In this document: positions 1 through 12,761 of the stretch, piece after piece | Layout: each line of letters opens with the position of its first letter | Position numbering within the stretch: position 1 is the stretch's first letter | The notes under the pieces: generated by a model | Seen by the model: only the letters and a program-made list of their open reading frames with translations | Databases searched by the model: none | What the model was told of the DNA's origin: nothing | Translations under genes and position numbers: made by a program | Source: Camelus ferus | Lineage: Eukaryota | Assembly: GCF_009834535.1 (NCBI RefSeq) | Contig: NC_045697.1 | Location: forward strand, 46,006,001 to 46,070,000 | Length of the DNA: 64,000 nucleotides | Direction: 5' to 3'

Positions 1-1432
1 AGAAATCAGTGAAATTGGAACATCACAGAGAAGCCAGAATGGGCTCACACAAAGATACCCAACTGATTTTTTATGGACGTGCAAAAGCAATTCAATGTAA
101 AAACCAATCAATCAATCAATCAATCAATCACCTTTTCAATAAACAATGCTGCACAATTAAACATCCATAAATCAAAAATAAAACTCAACCTAAGTCTCAC
201 TCTTTATACAAAAATTAGCTCAAAATGGATCACAGATTAAAACATAAAATAAAAAACTATAAAACTTTCATGGGAACAAAAAACAGAAGAAAATCTTGAA
301 GATCTAGGATTAGGCAAAATGTTCTTAGATGATACCAAAGGGAAAACTGATAAATTGGAACTTATCAAAATTTAAAACTTTTGTTCTGCGAAAGACCATG
401 TGATAGATGTGAAAAAACAAGATACAGTCCAGAAGAAAACATTCACAAGCCTCATCTCTGCCAAAGGACTAATTTCTAAAACATATAAAGAACTATCAAA
501 ACTCAACAGTTTAAAAAAAAAAATCCAATTTGAAAAGTAGGCAAAGACATGAAGAGACATGTCAATGAAAAAGATATGCAGATAGCAAATAAGTACATGA
601 AAAGATGTCCAGCATCATTAGCCAGTAGAAATGCCTTAAGACCACAATGAGACATCATTATACACCTGCAAGAATGGCTAAGATAGAAACTAGTAACACC
701 ATCACATGCTGGCAAGGATGCAGAGACTGGATCACTCATATTTTGCTGTTGGGAATGTAAAATAATACAGTCACTTTAAAATGTTTGGCACTTTTTTTTT
801 TTTCTTAAAAAACTGAAATGTGACTACCATGTTACCCAGCAATTGCACTCCTCCTGGGCATTTACCCCAGAGAAATAAAAAATTACATTTACCAATAAAA
901 CTGTACAGTCATGTTTATAACAGCCTTATTCATAACAGCCAAAACAACCCAGATATCCTTCAATGGGTGAATGATTAAACAAACTGTGGTACATCCATAC
1001 CATGGATAACTACCAAGCAATAAAAAGGAATGAACATTTGATCCACACAATGACCTCAATGAAGCTCCAGAGAATTACGCTAAGTGAAAAAAAGCCAATC
1101 CCAAAGATTACATATTATATTATTTCATTTATATAACATTCTTTAAATGACAAAATTATAGAAATAAACACACTAGTGGTTGTCAAGGGTTACAAGGAAG
1201 GAGTAGTGTTGGGTGGGAGTGGCTATGGCTATAAATGGGCATCAGGTGGGATCCCTGTAGGGCTGGAAATGTTCTGTATCTTGACTGCATCAATGACAAT
1301 ATCATGGCTTTGGTGTATTATAGTCTTGTAAAATGTTACCATTGAGGGAGAATAGCTAAAGGATACATGAGATCTCTATTATTTCTTACAAATGAACTGA
1401 CGAATATGTCAAAATAAAAATTTTAATTCAAG
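1..1432 (+). mobile_element. Old L1 (L1MD-like) ORF2 C-terminal region and 3' UTR, degenerate
   Basis: Typical L1 ORF2 3' motifs (aaaattagctcaaaatggatcacag, aaacaaactgtggtacatccatac). L1MD-type end ggaaatgttctgtatcttgactgcatcaatg...aaaataaaaattttaa. Confidence 0.85.
105..130. repeat. (CAAT)n microsatellite
   Basis: About 6.5 perfect CAAT units read directly. Confidence 0.9.
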
Positions 1433-2047
1433 AACATTTATATAAAGAATAATAAATACATTATTGGTCTTTAGTATCAACAGAAAATTAAGAGATGCTT
1501 GTGGAAATTAATACATGAACCTTCGTTTCTATATTCAGCTCCATCACCTGTCTTGGTTTTACCTGGGCTTTATCTCTAAATTTTGTCTCAACAGACTTCT
1601 GCCAAAGATCCAGTCCAATTCTATGCTTCTAGCTGACTGTATTCTTCCAACAAGGCAGTGTCGTCCAGAAAGAAAGCAAAAAATTTATGAGGTTTTTAAA
1701 TATCTGCTGCCCTTTAACTTCTGCAAGGGTACTATTCTGAATCTTTTTTTAAAATCCAGTGAATCATGAGTACAAACCTATCAGAATGGACACCAGACCA
1801 TGAAAGGCCAGGTACATGTTTAATAAACAGCTCTGGCAGGAATGTAGGCGACAGTTTGTAGAAATTGCCAACTTGTGAATGCTCCTACCATGTTCTATTT
1901 CAAGCTATCAATGAACCTGGAAGAGTTACGCAGAATTGCCTCTTTTGAGGCAATACCAAGAATTGAAAAACAAAGACTAAAATCCCTAAGATTTTGACCT
2001 TCAATCTTTAAAATTTGGTATTTGTGAACTGAAATAAACTCATGTGG

Positions 2048-2386
2048 TGTTAAATTAATTAAACAAGGAACCCATCAGACTGAGGTGGTACTAATGCCTG
2101 GGTGGCCTATGTAAACAAATCAAAATCTCAGCCTGCAAACACCTCAAAGTTATGAAATCAAAATGCTAACGACAACCAATCACAAACAGCCAACTGGGCT
2201 TTAAACTATAGCCAATCAAATAATTTCATTTATTTGCTTCTACATTCTCTCCATACAAGTCTTTCCCTTGGCTCATTTCCAAAGAGTGCTCCTAACCACC
2301 TCTGGTTTGGCGCTGCCTGATTCAAATAAGTTTTTGCTCAAATAAACTCTTAAAATTTCTAATATGCCTCAGCTTACCTTTTAACA
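2048..2386 (+). mobile_element. Solo ERV1-class LTR
   Basis: Termini TGTTAA...TTAACA. 4-bp TSD GTGG at 2044-2047 and 2387-2390. CCAAT boxes, and AATAAA at 2341. Confidence 0.85.
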
Positions 2387-2478
2387 GTGGTCACTCAAAA
2401 TGGGTCACAAATTTTCTCTAAGTATCTCCTGCTTAGCAGCCTCTAATGATTAAAGGCAGGTGAGTGCTGAAAGTGTCC

Positions 2479-2695
2479 TTTTCTTTTCTTTTTTTTTTTT
2501 AACATTTTTTATTGATTTATAATCAATTTACAATGTTGTGTCAAATTCCAGTGTTCAGCACAATTTTTCAGTTATTCATGGACATATACACACTCATTGT
2601 CACATTTTTTTTTCTCTGTGAGTTATCATAACATTTTGTGTATATTTCCCTGTGCTATACAGTGTAGTCTATTCTACAATTTTGAAATCCCAGTC
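2479..2695 (-). mobile_element. Young camelid-type L1 3' end (5'-truncated)
   Basis: Poly-T followed by aacattttttattgatttataatc...gtgtcaaattccagtg. Near-identical to the copy at 39996-40152. Confidence 0.85.
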
Positions 2696-3564
2696 TTTTT
2701 CTACAAGTCACCACCAGAACATGTGAAAAACAAAGTTAGCTTCACAATGAATTCCACCACATGCATAAACATTTTTAGCAAGGAGGCACAAACCCAGTTC
2801 TCTAAGCTAGATGAAGTCCTCGCCTCTCCAACGAGAGCCTCATATTAAAGATCTGAAGACAAACACTGTGTTCTGTGGGCAGCATTAGCTAATCGTAGTG
2901 ACTAGTTGAATCACACAAAGGCCCATCCTTTAAGCGATGGGAAAAAGGACTGATGGAAAGTCTACATATCTGTATCAATCTAAAAAGATTAAGCTGATGG
3001 ATGTTCCTAATTATTCTTCCCCAGCCATGCAATAGTGGTGGTGCTTGTACAATATCTACCCAACCCACAAATCTTGAAAGCCTCAACTTCATCAATGAAA
3101 AAGTATGTCTAAAAGCACTTATGCTAGTTAATAAACCCTCTCTTGCAGATTCAGATAAGCATCTCTTTCAAATGCTAACTTTCCTTAGCCTGAGGAGTCT
3201 TGATTAGGGCATTTCAAGTGTTAACAAATGTCGTTTAAAAATAATTTACACATATATATCACACTTTCTATGCATAAGTACTTAAAAGTAACTTACAGAC
3301 AATGTAACAAAAATCCCCTTTTAGATCTGTTGTAATATTTTACTTAGGAAAAATGTTATATTTTTTAAAAGCCTGAATATATGTGGTATAAATGTGCCTT
3401 TTTTTTTTTTTTTTGGCTTTAGAGAAAAGCTCAGGAAAGACTGAGTTAGTTTCAAAGAGTTGAAAATAGCATGTTGGTTCATTTGATTCCCATATTAAAT
3501 GATACTCAACCTATTTAAACTAATTAGTGGACTTCTAATTTCTTGGAGAAGACTTAACCATGTA

Positions 3565-3810
3565 ACTAATATTTATTGAATGTTTCCCTAATGCCAAGCA
3601 TTGTGCTACATACTTAGCACAGTTTAACATCTCATTTAATCCATGCAGCAACCCTCTTAGTAGATATTACCATTGCCCCCATTTTATATATGAGAAAACT
3701 GAGGCTTAGAGCATTTAACACCTTCCCCAAGGATAGCCTGTTAAAATGTAGTGAATCAAGGCTCTAACTCAGATATTCTAATCCCAAGTATCTGTTCTTA
3801 ACAACTACCC
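3565..3810 (-). mobile_element. MIR SINE relic
   Basis: MIR core cccattttatatatgagaaaactgaggcttagag and ctcatttaatcc. Confidence 0.75.
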
Positions 3811-3916
3811 AATGTTTCTGTGTTAGTCAAGCACTCCAGGCCCTTCCCCTGTTAATTCTGATTCTGTAGGCCTGGAGGACCCAAGAAGCTACCTTAGCAA
3901 GAAGTCCTCCTATAAG

Positions 3917-4330
3917 TGTGAAGGAAAAGCTGGGCTGGGCTAACAAGATAACTCACAAATCTAAGTATCGGAATACTGATCTGAGTTCTACAGGACTAAC
4001 TTGTAAATCTAGGTTAATTAGTGTTGGTTTGCTGTTCATGATTTTTTGCTAGCCTGCTGGATTTTCAAAGATGCATATCTGGCTTTGGAATGTTGGTTTG
4101 CTGCCTCCCCGCCTCCACTTTTGTGATAATGATGCTGCTAAAGCTGTTCCATGCCTATTGGCCGAATACCCCAAGCTTGTACTTTACCCTATAAAACCTC
4201 ATGCGCACGTCTTGGTGGTGCTCAGAGCTTCAGAGCAGAAGCCCCTCTGAGGCCACCGGTGTAATACATCTGAGTACTCCAACCCTCCGAGTGGTGCTTG
4301 TTTCTTGGCTGGCCTGTCATTTCCGTAACA
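3917..4330 (+). mobile_element. Solo ERV1-class LTR
   Basis: Termini TGTGAAGGAAA...TTTCCGTAACA form an imperfect inverted repeat. 4-bp TSD TAAG at 3913-3916 and 4331-4334. TATA-like ctataaaa near 4189. Confidence 0.8.
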
Positions 4331-4953
4331 TAAGTACATAGGGTAGGGGGTCCTGGGAGAAAGAGAACAAGACATGGCTTTCTTGACATAAAAGATGTCA
4401 TTTTGGGCCTAAGTATTTTGTGATTCAAGCCTGGTCACTGGGCTTGTCCCTGATCACCTCTCAGTAATCAATGGTCTTTAGGGAAGCGAGGGAATGTGAG
4501 AACAAAGAAAAAGCAGTCAAGAAACAATAGTTCAGTGACAAAACAAGAGTCCCAGTTCCTCCTTGAGGCATATACATAATAACCTGATATATATCCCTGA
4601 GATCTGCAGGAACTAAGGCCCCCACCACGTGGAGAATGGAATGATGATGATGCCCTTTGCTGACTTCAATCAACTGAAGCTTGGACTGTACCTACCTTTG
4701 ATCCAATTCTATGCAAAATTCTCTGCTCAAGCCCCTTCATGAGATGCATATGAGATCCTTCATGACTATGCATGACCCTTAGCTTATAACTTCTCCAATT
4801 TTGCTGTTCAAGGAGACATGACTTTGGGAAAGATCCTCAGTGTTCTCCCTACTTGATGTAAGTAATAAACCCTTCCTTCTCTCGACTGATCTTTGGCATG
4901 GTTGTGCCTAAGCTCAACACCCACCAAGGGGCAAAGCCAGTTTTTGGGTAACA
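4331..4953 (+). mobile_element. ERV1 LTR related to those at 8467 and 9345; 5' start uncertain, possibly split by the 3917 LTR
   Basis: Shares blocks (aacaaag...gcagtcaagaaa, aactaaggcccccacc) with the other two LTRs. AATAAA at 4864. Ends GGTAACA. Confidence 0.75.
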
Positions 4954-5004
4954 CGATACAGGCAGGTTTGGGAAATCCCATATTATGTCATGCTGAGTCT
5001 CTGA

Positions 5005-5078
5005 AAATTCTAACATATACATAACCTAAATTCTAACACATACGTAACCTAATTTCTAACATATATTAACCTAAATTC
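5005..5078. repeat. Short minisatellite, ~3 x 23 bp (TTCTAACATATACATAACCTAAA)
   Basis: Three imperfect tandem units read directly. Confidence 0.8.
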
Positions 5079-5148
5079 ATACATTTTAGCTTTTTTACTT
5101 TTTTATCTATAAGGATGAAGAACAGCAGATACTTTTTCATCTCTATAT

Positions 5149-5836
5149 TTATATTTTTTAAATTTTTTATTGATTTATAATCATTTTACAATGTTGTTTC
5201 AAATTCCAGTGTAGAGCACAATTTTTCAGTCATACATGAGCATATATATGTGAACGAAAATACTGCAATGTGAACGAAAATACTGCAATGTGAATGAAAA
5301 TACTGCAACCATATCAGTAAACAAAGAATGCTGAAACCAAGTCATCAGCGGCTGCCGCTACCCCCCAGTGAGGACAGGCCTGCAGCTCAGTCTCTGCAGC
5401 CACTCACAATGGTGCACTCGGAGCAGACTCAGAATAAGAAAGGACAGGATACTGGCCCTAGATAGCTAGGTGCTTGTCAAAGGAATGAATTCATTGAGCC
5501 CAAATGTTTGCTTCCTCCCACATGAGATGCCTGGCTTTCTTTAGATAACAAGCAATCTTTTATTGTTCCAACTACCTGGTCTTTGTTGTAAAGCTCCTAT
5601 ATATCCTAGCTCCTCCCCTACCCCTTTGGAGCAGTCCCTCAAAGCGATCTGAGAGGCTGTTATCCTGGCTCGAGTCCTCACGCCAAATAAAAACATAACT
5701 CTTAACTTTTAGGCTGTGCATTTATTTCAGTCGACATATATATTCATTGTCACATTTTTTTCTCTGTGAGCTACCATAAGATCTTGTGTATATTTCCCTG
5801 TGCTGTACAGTATAATCTTGTTTATCTATTCTACAA
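5149..5836 (-). mobile_element. Camelid-type L1 3' fragment interrupted by an LTR
   Basis: Perfect 13-bp TSD TTCATCTCTATAT at 5136-5148 and 5837-5849. L1 sequence resumes after 5740. Confidence 0.88.
5249..5736 (+). mobile_element. Solo ERV1 LTR nested in L1, with triplicated 5' terminal 20-mer
   Basis: TG...CA ends. TATA TSD at 5245-5248 and 5737-5740. AATAAA at 5686. Confidence 0.85.
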
Positions 5837-6185
5837 TTCATCTCTATATATTCTCCACCTTTTAAGAAATTGTTAGAGAACGCCATATTCCAATATTAAA
5901 AAAAAAAAACAAAAAACAGAGCCTTCCAGAAAACACAGTAAAACGATGTACTGGTTATATTAAAATATCCTGTAAAAAATAAAGACTAATAAAAATATGC
6001 TTTCTTCTTCTTTCATAATTCTCTTTTAAAAATAACTGAAATAATCTCCATTAAATCATCATTGAATATATTCAGGTAAGTAAGTGTAGAAAACAGTTAA
6101 CATGTTAAATGTCAGATTAATATTTTTTAAAAGTCTAATAACAAAAAGAAAACTAACAACCCCAGGTACTGTTCGTCTTTGGTTG

Positions 6186-6735
6186 TGTAAGGGAAGAATC
6201 ATTTTCCCTCTACCCTTCAAGGTTCTCAGCTGAGAACACCAGGAGAAAAAAAAAAAAAAAGAGATTAACAAGAGAAAAACAAACAGAAGCTTCATATGAT
6301 GTACACCTCCTATAAATATGGAAGATACCCAGGAAAACTAAGTGACTCCTCGAAATGGCCCAAGCCATCACCTAAAACACCATCTCCAGCTAAAGAGAAA
6401 AATGTTGGGGGTTGGGGAGCCAGTTATGGGAGATTATCAGGCAAAGCACAGTAAACAAGGCTAAGGTTGTTATGCAGGTTTACGTCATTGCCTTCCTTAC
6501 TGGTAAGAGTTTCTAGAGATTTGGTCATCCACCTCTTCCTGTTACAGTAGGGAGATACCCTTACAAAAGGAGATTGCTCTTACAAATGTAAATGTCCCTT
6601 ACAAAAGGGTAACTTCTATTCAGTTGTAGAAGCTTTTCCTGTGTCTGCTGTTTCTTAAAAAATAACCAGGCAAAGATAATCCTTACGCCAAACAGGTATA
6701 TTTTGGGGTGGCAAAGTCTGCTCCCCTTCCCTTCA
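6186..6735 (-). mobile_element. MER34/MER39-like ERV1 LTR
   Basis: TGTAAGGG...CCCTTCA ends. Family-type motifs gagattaacaagagaaaaacaaacag and tattttggggtggcaaag. Confidence 0.7.
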
Positions 6736-8466
6736 GTGATCAATTGTATTAAATAAACTGATGTTATCAGAATTTTAACATACATAGATATTGACTAAAT
6801 GATCCCTTTCTGGGTATTTGGATAAAAAATCCAATTTCATCTATAACTTTAAACACACACTCACATTTGAAGCATTTCTTGTGAGCACAGCTTTCATCAA
6901 GCTTTTTTAACAGTCTTTTTCACTTTAACCTAAGAGTCTGCTATTTTTACACAAGATTATAATCACTCCCCAGTGTAAAATCACTCCCCGGGACATTTAG
7001 TGGCTTAATTGGCAATACCGCCCTTTTACTAACAACTCCACAATAAAGGAAATGTTTTTAAACAGTGAATATGTAACAAAGCAACATGTGATTAAAATTC
7101 AATACATTATCTCTCTCGAATTTTATTATAGCAGGTGCAGAACACAACTGTTCAGAGGCTTGCTAAGGGCAAGGTTCCCTTTCATTTGAAAACAATTCTA
7201 TTTTTACACCTGTTTTACAAAGATTCTAAATGAAAAGACCTAGGAACAGATAATGGAACAAGAAAATAACACTAAATATTTTCTTCACAGAAGCCTGAAC
7301 TAGTTTTACCCCAAGGAAAGGAAGGGGTGAAAATAATCTTTGATCTAGTAAAGGTATCCCAGAGATACATAAGTGTGTTCTCAGAAATTTATGTGTAGTA
7401 GTAAATGTGTTAGATTATAAGGGGAAAATATTTTTTATCACCTCCCAATGCAGAAACAGTTACCAGGAGTAAGACCTAAGAATTGTCCATGTTATCTGTT
7501 ATGCAGTAATCCTTTTCAATTCAACAGCTATGTATTAAGCATTTATTATTCATTCAATAAATATTTATTGAGAGCCTACCATATGCACTCTATGTATAAT
7601 GTAAAAAATACATATGAGAAATTATGGGCTAGCCCTTGCGAGAGGTTAAAAAAAAAAATGACTACTTAAAAAGAAATACTAAGAAGGGCTTATAATCCAA
7701 TTGCTACCAGAAAGCATACTAATACACTGGCCATCCAGAGTAATACAAAGTGCTATGGGAATTCACAGAAGAGGTGAGGGAGAAGTCAGTGCATTGATGC
7801 AGTGAAGACTTGTAGGGTACCTTCCCTATGCCTGACACTATTCTGCATCAACTGTCTTATTAGAATATTTTTTTTTTAATTTAGAAATGTAAATAGGCAA
7901 GGATAGAGGCCCCCCCAAGTACTTATCACCCAACTTCCACAATTATCATTGCTTTTTGTCAGTCATTTTATCTGTCATCTCTCATTCTTCCCCACCCATC
8001 AAGTATTTTAAAGGAAATCCCATACATCCTATGATTTCTTAATGCTCTCTAACAGACACAGAACATGTGTGCACATACACATATAACACCATTATCGCAC
8101 ATAACAATTTATTACAAAATTTAAATTTTTTAAGTAATTTAAAATAAAATTCCTTTTTTACCATATAACCATGTTAACTTCTTGTCAACATTTTTTAGCT
8201 ACTTAATCCAATATTGTATTCTGTATGGAGTTTGTTATAGAATTTAGTTTACTCTGAAGTTTCTCAAAAACCTTTTGAGCCTTTATGTGATTGTGACCTT
8301 TGAAACGAGTATCACAGATCTGGCAGAGATTTCCTAGGGTTTGATTTTCGTTTAGTTACACACAGAGGGAGGGAGGGCATTCCTTCTCATTCCTCCACTA
8401 CTCTTTTAGGTCTCCATGGCCATACCTGTGTCTTGACTGGCTTACAAGTCCTCAGACCATTGAAAG

Positions 8467-9036
8467 TAAATGGAGTAGGGTCCTGTGGAGTCCTCCCAGG
8501 TACTAACCCTTTCTGTGTCCCTCATTTCTCATTTATAGAAATAGGCTTCATTCAGCCTCCCTGATCTTCCCTGAGTTCCAAAGGAAAGATGGGGAAGGAA
8601 TGCAGAAACAAAGGAGGAGCAGTCAAGAAAGATAGCACAGCCCTGGGCGGGGTCCTTATTCCCCCTCAAGGGATGTAAACAACAATCTGATAGTTCTTCT
8701 ACAGAAACTAAGGCCCCCACCCAGGTGGAGGATGGTAACCTCAGGCTGAGCACAAGATTCCTAGAACACTACCCTGCTACCTCACCACCAACCAATCAGA
8801 AAAAAGTCTGCACATGGTGTAAAATAACGAAGGCTCTGACTCCCTCCCCAGATGATTTTCCCTTTAAAAACGTTCATGGTTGGAAAAGAATCTTCTGGGT
8901 TGGTTTTTGGACATGAGACCACCTTCCCTCCAGGTTTTTGGCCTCCTGAATAAATCAACCTTTCGTTTCCAACCAACACTCACCTCTCAGGTATTGCCTT
9001 TTGAGTGATGAGCAGTCAAACCTGAGTTGGGTAACA
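8467..9036 (+). mobile_element. Solo ERV1 LTR
   Basis: TSD AAAG at 8463-8466 and 9037-9040. Ends GGTAACA. AATAAA at 8949. The initial TG appears mutated to TA. Confidence 0.8.
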
Positions 9037-9279
9037 AAAGCAGTGTTGTCCCCCTAAAGTAGCTGGGTGCTGAGTAGTCTCCAAGAACAGATGGCACCAT
9101 TTCTTCTGGACAATCCAGGTACAAAGTAATGATTCTGGCTGGGATGTCCCTCGAGTGTGAAGGTCCCCTGTCTATATAAACTACTTGATTAAATAATCTA
9201 TTTTTAAAGTTCATGAGTCTATATAATGTCTAATGGTTGCTGACAATTTAGTATAATGGGTAGAAAATAGGTGCTTAAG

Positions 9280-9325
9280 TTTTTTGTTTTGTTCTGTTTT
9301 GTTTTGTTCTGTTTTGTTTTGTTTT
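9280..9325. repeat. (GTTTT/GTTCT)n simple repeat
   Basis: Pentamer array read directly. Confidence 0.85.
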
Positions 9326-9344
9326 ATTGTCCAATCAGTGCATG

Positions 9345-10128
9345 TGAAACTGGGTCCCCTTAAAACCAAGTTCCCCTGCCAAGTGTATGATTAACTTCTC
9401 TATCCAAAACTTTGTTCTTGTTTTTGTCCTGACCTCTGTTCCCCTCAGAATGAGAAGTATCAAAGAAAAGGGGGGACTGAAACTGAGCAGGACCTTGAAG
9501 GGCCTTCTCAGATACAAAAGCCCCTCTTTGTCCCCAACTTCTTGTTTGTAAAAAAAAGGGTTTAGTCCCCTACACCTTCCTTGAGTTCCAGAGAGCAGAC
9601 TCAAGCAATTACTAATTACGGGAGTGAGAGAAGGCAGAAACAAAGGAAAAGCAGTTAAGCAGAAAAGTAATGATACCTTAAACAACAGTTCAGTGATAAA
9701 ACAGAGTCCCAGTTCCTCCCCAAGGGATATACATAACAATCTGACACAAATCTTTGAGTTGTTCTGCAGAAACTAAGACTCACACGTAGGTGGAGGATGG
9801 TGACGATATGCTGACCATATGTACTAGATCTTAGACTGGTTAGAACCAGAAGGTTAATGGTTACGATTCCTGAAACACCACCATGATATCTCATCATCAA
9901 CCAATCAGAAGAAAGTCCAGGAGCTACAACTCTCATCCCAAATATTACCTTTAAAAACCCTTCCCTGAAAGCCATCAGGGAGTTACAGTCTTTTGAGCAC
10001 AAGCTGCCCATTCTCCTTGCTTGGCACCCTGAAATAAATGCTATACTTTCCTTTATCACAACCTGGTGGTGTCAGTAGATTGGCTTTGCTGTGTGGTGGG
10101 CAAAAAGACCCAGTTCAGCTCAGAAACA
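9345..10128 (+). mobile_element. ERV1 LTR with internal polypurine tract and second TGAAACTG start
   Basis: TSD CATG at 9341-9344 and 10129-10132. TGAAACTG at 9345 and 9478. PPT-like AAAGAAAAGGGGGGA at 9462-9476. AATAAA at 10033. Confidence 0.82.
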
Positions 10129-12761
10129 CATGTGACAGTTCCTCCTAATATCTAGGTATCACTTCTTCTTGAACAAGTCTGGGAACTATCTCTTCATGTT
10201 CTTTATTGTCAAGCATCCTATTCTTGGTTAATTTCCTATCCTCTTTAGCAAGGAAAAAGTAGCAACACTATTATTACTCATAATGCCATGACTCTTCGGA
10301 ACATGTTTATATTGAAACAATATACACCTTCTTGCCTCTGCACTTCCCTAATACCAGTTCTTTCATTCAATTTACATCATTCCTTAGAAAGCTGCCTTAT
10401 CCTTGGTGCCACCAATGAATGCTGCAATACAGTGACATTCAAAAGATGACACTATGCTTTATTGATGATAATCACAAAAGCAAGTCTTACCCAGAGCATG
10501 CAGGAAAGTGTGAATGATAATTCCTTTTCTGCTCATGTTAAATTTACCTTTTGAAATTTTATAATATGGAATAAACATCTTCCAACAGTGCCTCTTCTTG
10601 AAGTCTTCTGACTATAATCACTGCACTCGTAGAATGTGAACTCTTTCCATGTTGAAACTGCAACCTCATCTCCCACACACTGCCACCAGTGGACTGTAGG
10701 GGAAAAGCCATTGTCAGAGAGAAGTGACACAATGCAGCAAGGAATGTCCTTCTCTTCTGGCGTGGCTTAAGAAAGACCAGGAGAACATGCATCTACATAG
10801 ATCAAAGACAAAAGAGGATATCAATCAGGAGGGCCACTGGTGTTGAGAGCAACGATTTCTAAAGTTCTCAGAGAGCAAGGGCATGGCCACTTTGGAGGAC
10901 CACCTGCAGAGAGGTGGGTGGCCACTCTGGATGCCATTGGGGAAGGTCATCTGAGGCTAGAGTACAGTAGCCTTGAGGCAGCACTACAGCTGGAAACACT
11001 GACGATGCACACACCTGCACAAGTGGTTCAAGCACAAGGCCCTGTTAGTCTCTCAGAGCCCTGAATTTGTTCATTGACCTCCATGGGTGAGCCACCAATA
11101 ATCTGTATATCAGCACATTCTTGTTACTCAATCTTGCTCAATCAGAGAAAGACTGTGCCAGTCAGAAGAGGGATTTGTCCACCAGTTTGCCCACTGGAAC
11201 TCCAGCAAAATTGATGCAAAAATTGAATGTGACTTGCCATGTGAAAAATACAGGTAATAGGATAGTATGTCATGAGCTCCCAGAAGAAGGGGAGAATAGG
11301 GTTATCAAGGTATATCACAGAAGGCTTCATAAAGTGTTTCAGTTGGGCTTTGAACAAAGGATAGGATTATACAGTATACGGGGAGACTCAGAAAGAAGTC
11401 TTAGAAGAATAACGCAGTTCCCGGCATGAAGCAGCCCCAATACAAGAACAAACAAAGGAATATGGAAAGGCAAAGAAGCAGAGCGGTCCAAGGCTGGAGT
11501 GAGGCACAACGAGCAGCTTATTTTGTGAAAGTAAAAGCGAAGAGGAGTTGTAAGGAACTAGACAGGAAAAGCAGGTTGGAACAATGGATGAGGGAAAGCC
11601 CTTAAAGGGTTTTGAGCTAGAGAGAAACAAAACCAGAGATGGGTTTTTAGTGAGAAGAGAGCAGGATATAAAATCTAAGGGCAGAGACCAGGGCTGGGAG
11701 CCACAGGACAGTGGGGCACATCATGAACACTCCCTTGTCAAAACCTCCCTCCTTCAGATCACCCGGCATCTTGGGTGCAAAGCACTGGAAACACTCTTTA
11801 ATGTAATGAAATATAAGACAGAATTGGATTTCAAATTGCTACCCAATTGTGAAAACAATCCTTCTGTAATAATAAAAATGACCTAGTATTGTCAAAAAAG
11901 AAACAAAACATGCTGAGTACCGCTTCAAGGAAAGAGCCACAACTACAACATCAGAGCATTTATTTCTGATCTCACGATCAGGATGGGAATATTTTACTGT
12001 TGGTAATTGGTTGGAATAGAACTCCTGGCCCAGTGCCTTCCTTTTCTGAATTTCAATGTTATCGGCCTTTACCAGATCCTCAGGCTTTAACACCTACACA
12101 TGGGAGATCACTATAAATTAATTTTAGTAAAGAATTATACCACCATAATGCAATTTTTTAAATAACTGTGTATTATCTGGTTTGCTCATTATAACAGCAT
12201 CTTTTGTGAACTGTCCCCACTTTACTCAAATCAGTCATTAGAAGGATGAAGTTTATGGAAATGTCATAGAGAAACTTGCTATATTTCTTGTATTTCTGAT
12301 GGGCAGAACTGTGTAGATTTATAATTTCACACAAATAAGTAGTCATGCCATTTACACCTATGGTGAGAGTCTGTATTATCTATACCGGCCTTTAACACAT
12401 CTCGGCTAATGTCCTAAATTATAACCTTCAAGGAAAGGATAGTAGGTCTTTTGTCAAAACCTAACAAAAATAAAATAAAATAATGTAAAAATAACAAAAT
12501 ATGTATGATGTAAATCACAGTCAGAACACAGTATTAACAAGTTTATTATGTAACAAATCCATAATTTTAATGGCAAAGTCAAACGGATCATCATAAAGAC
12601 ACCTCATAATCAAGAGGTTTCTGATGTAACTTTTTAATAACCCTGGGGTGTCAGGGTTCTTGAAATATGGGTATCAACTGCTTTTCTAGCATTTATACTA
12701 ATGATAATTTGTGCTTGCTTTTCAGCAATATTTCAAGAAAAGATTGTTTTTCAAAAAGCCA

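Noticed and set aside
5249..5308. CRISPR-like repeat
   Set aside because: These are head-to-tail 20-mers with no spacers at an LTR terminus in a mammalian genome.
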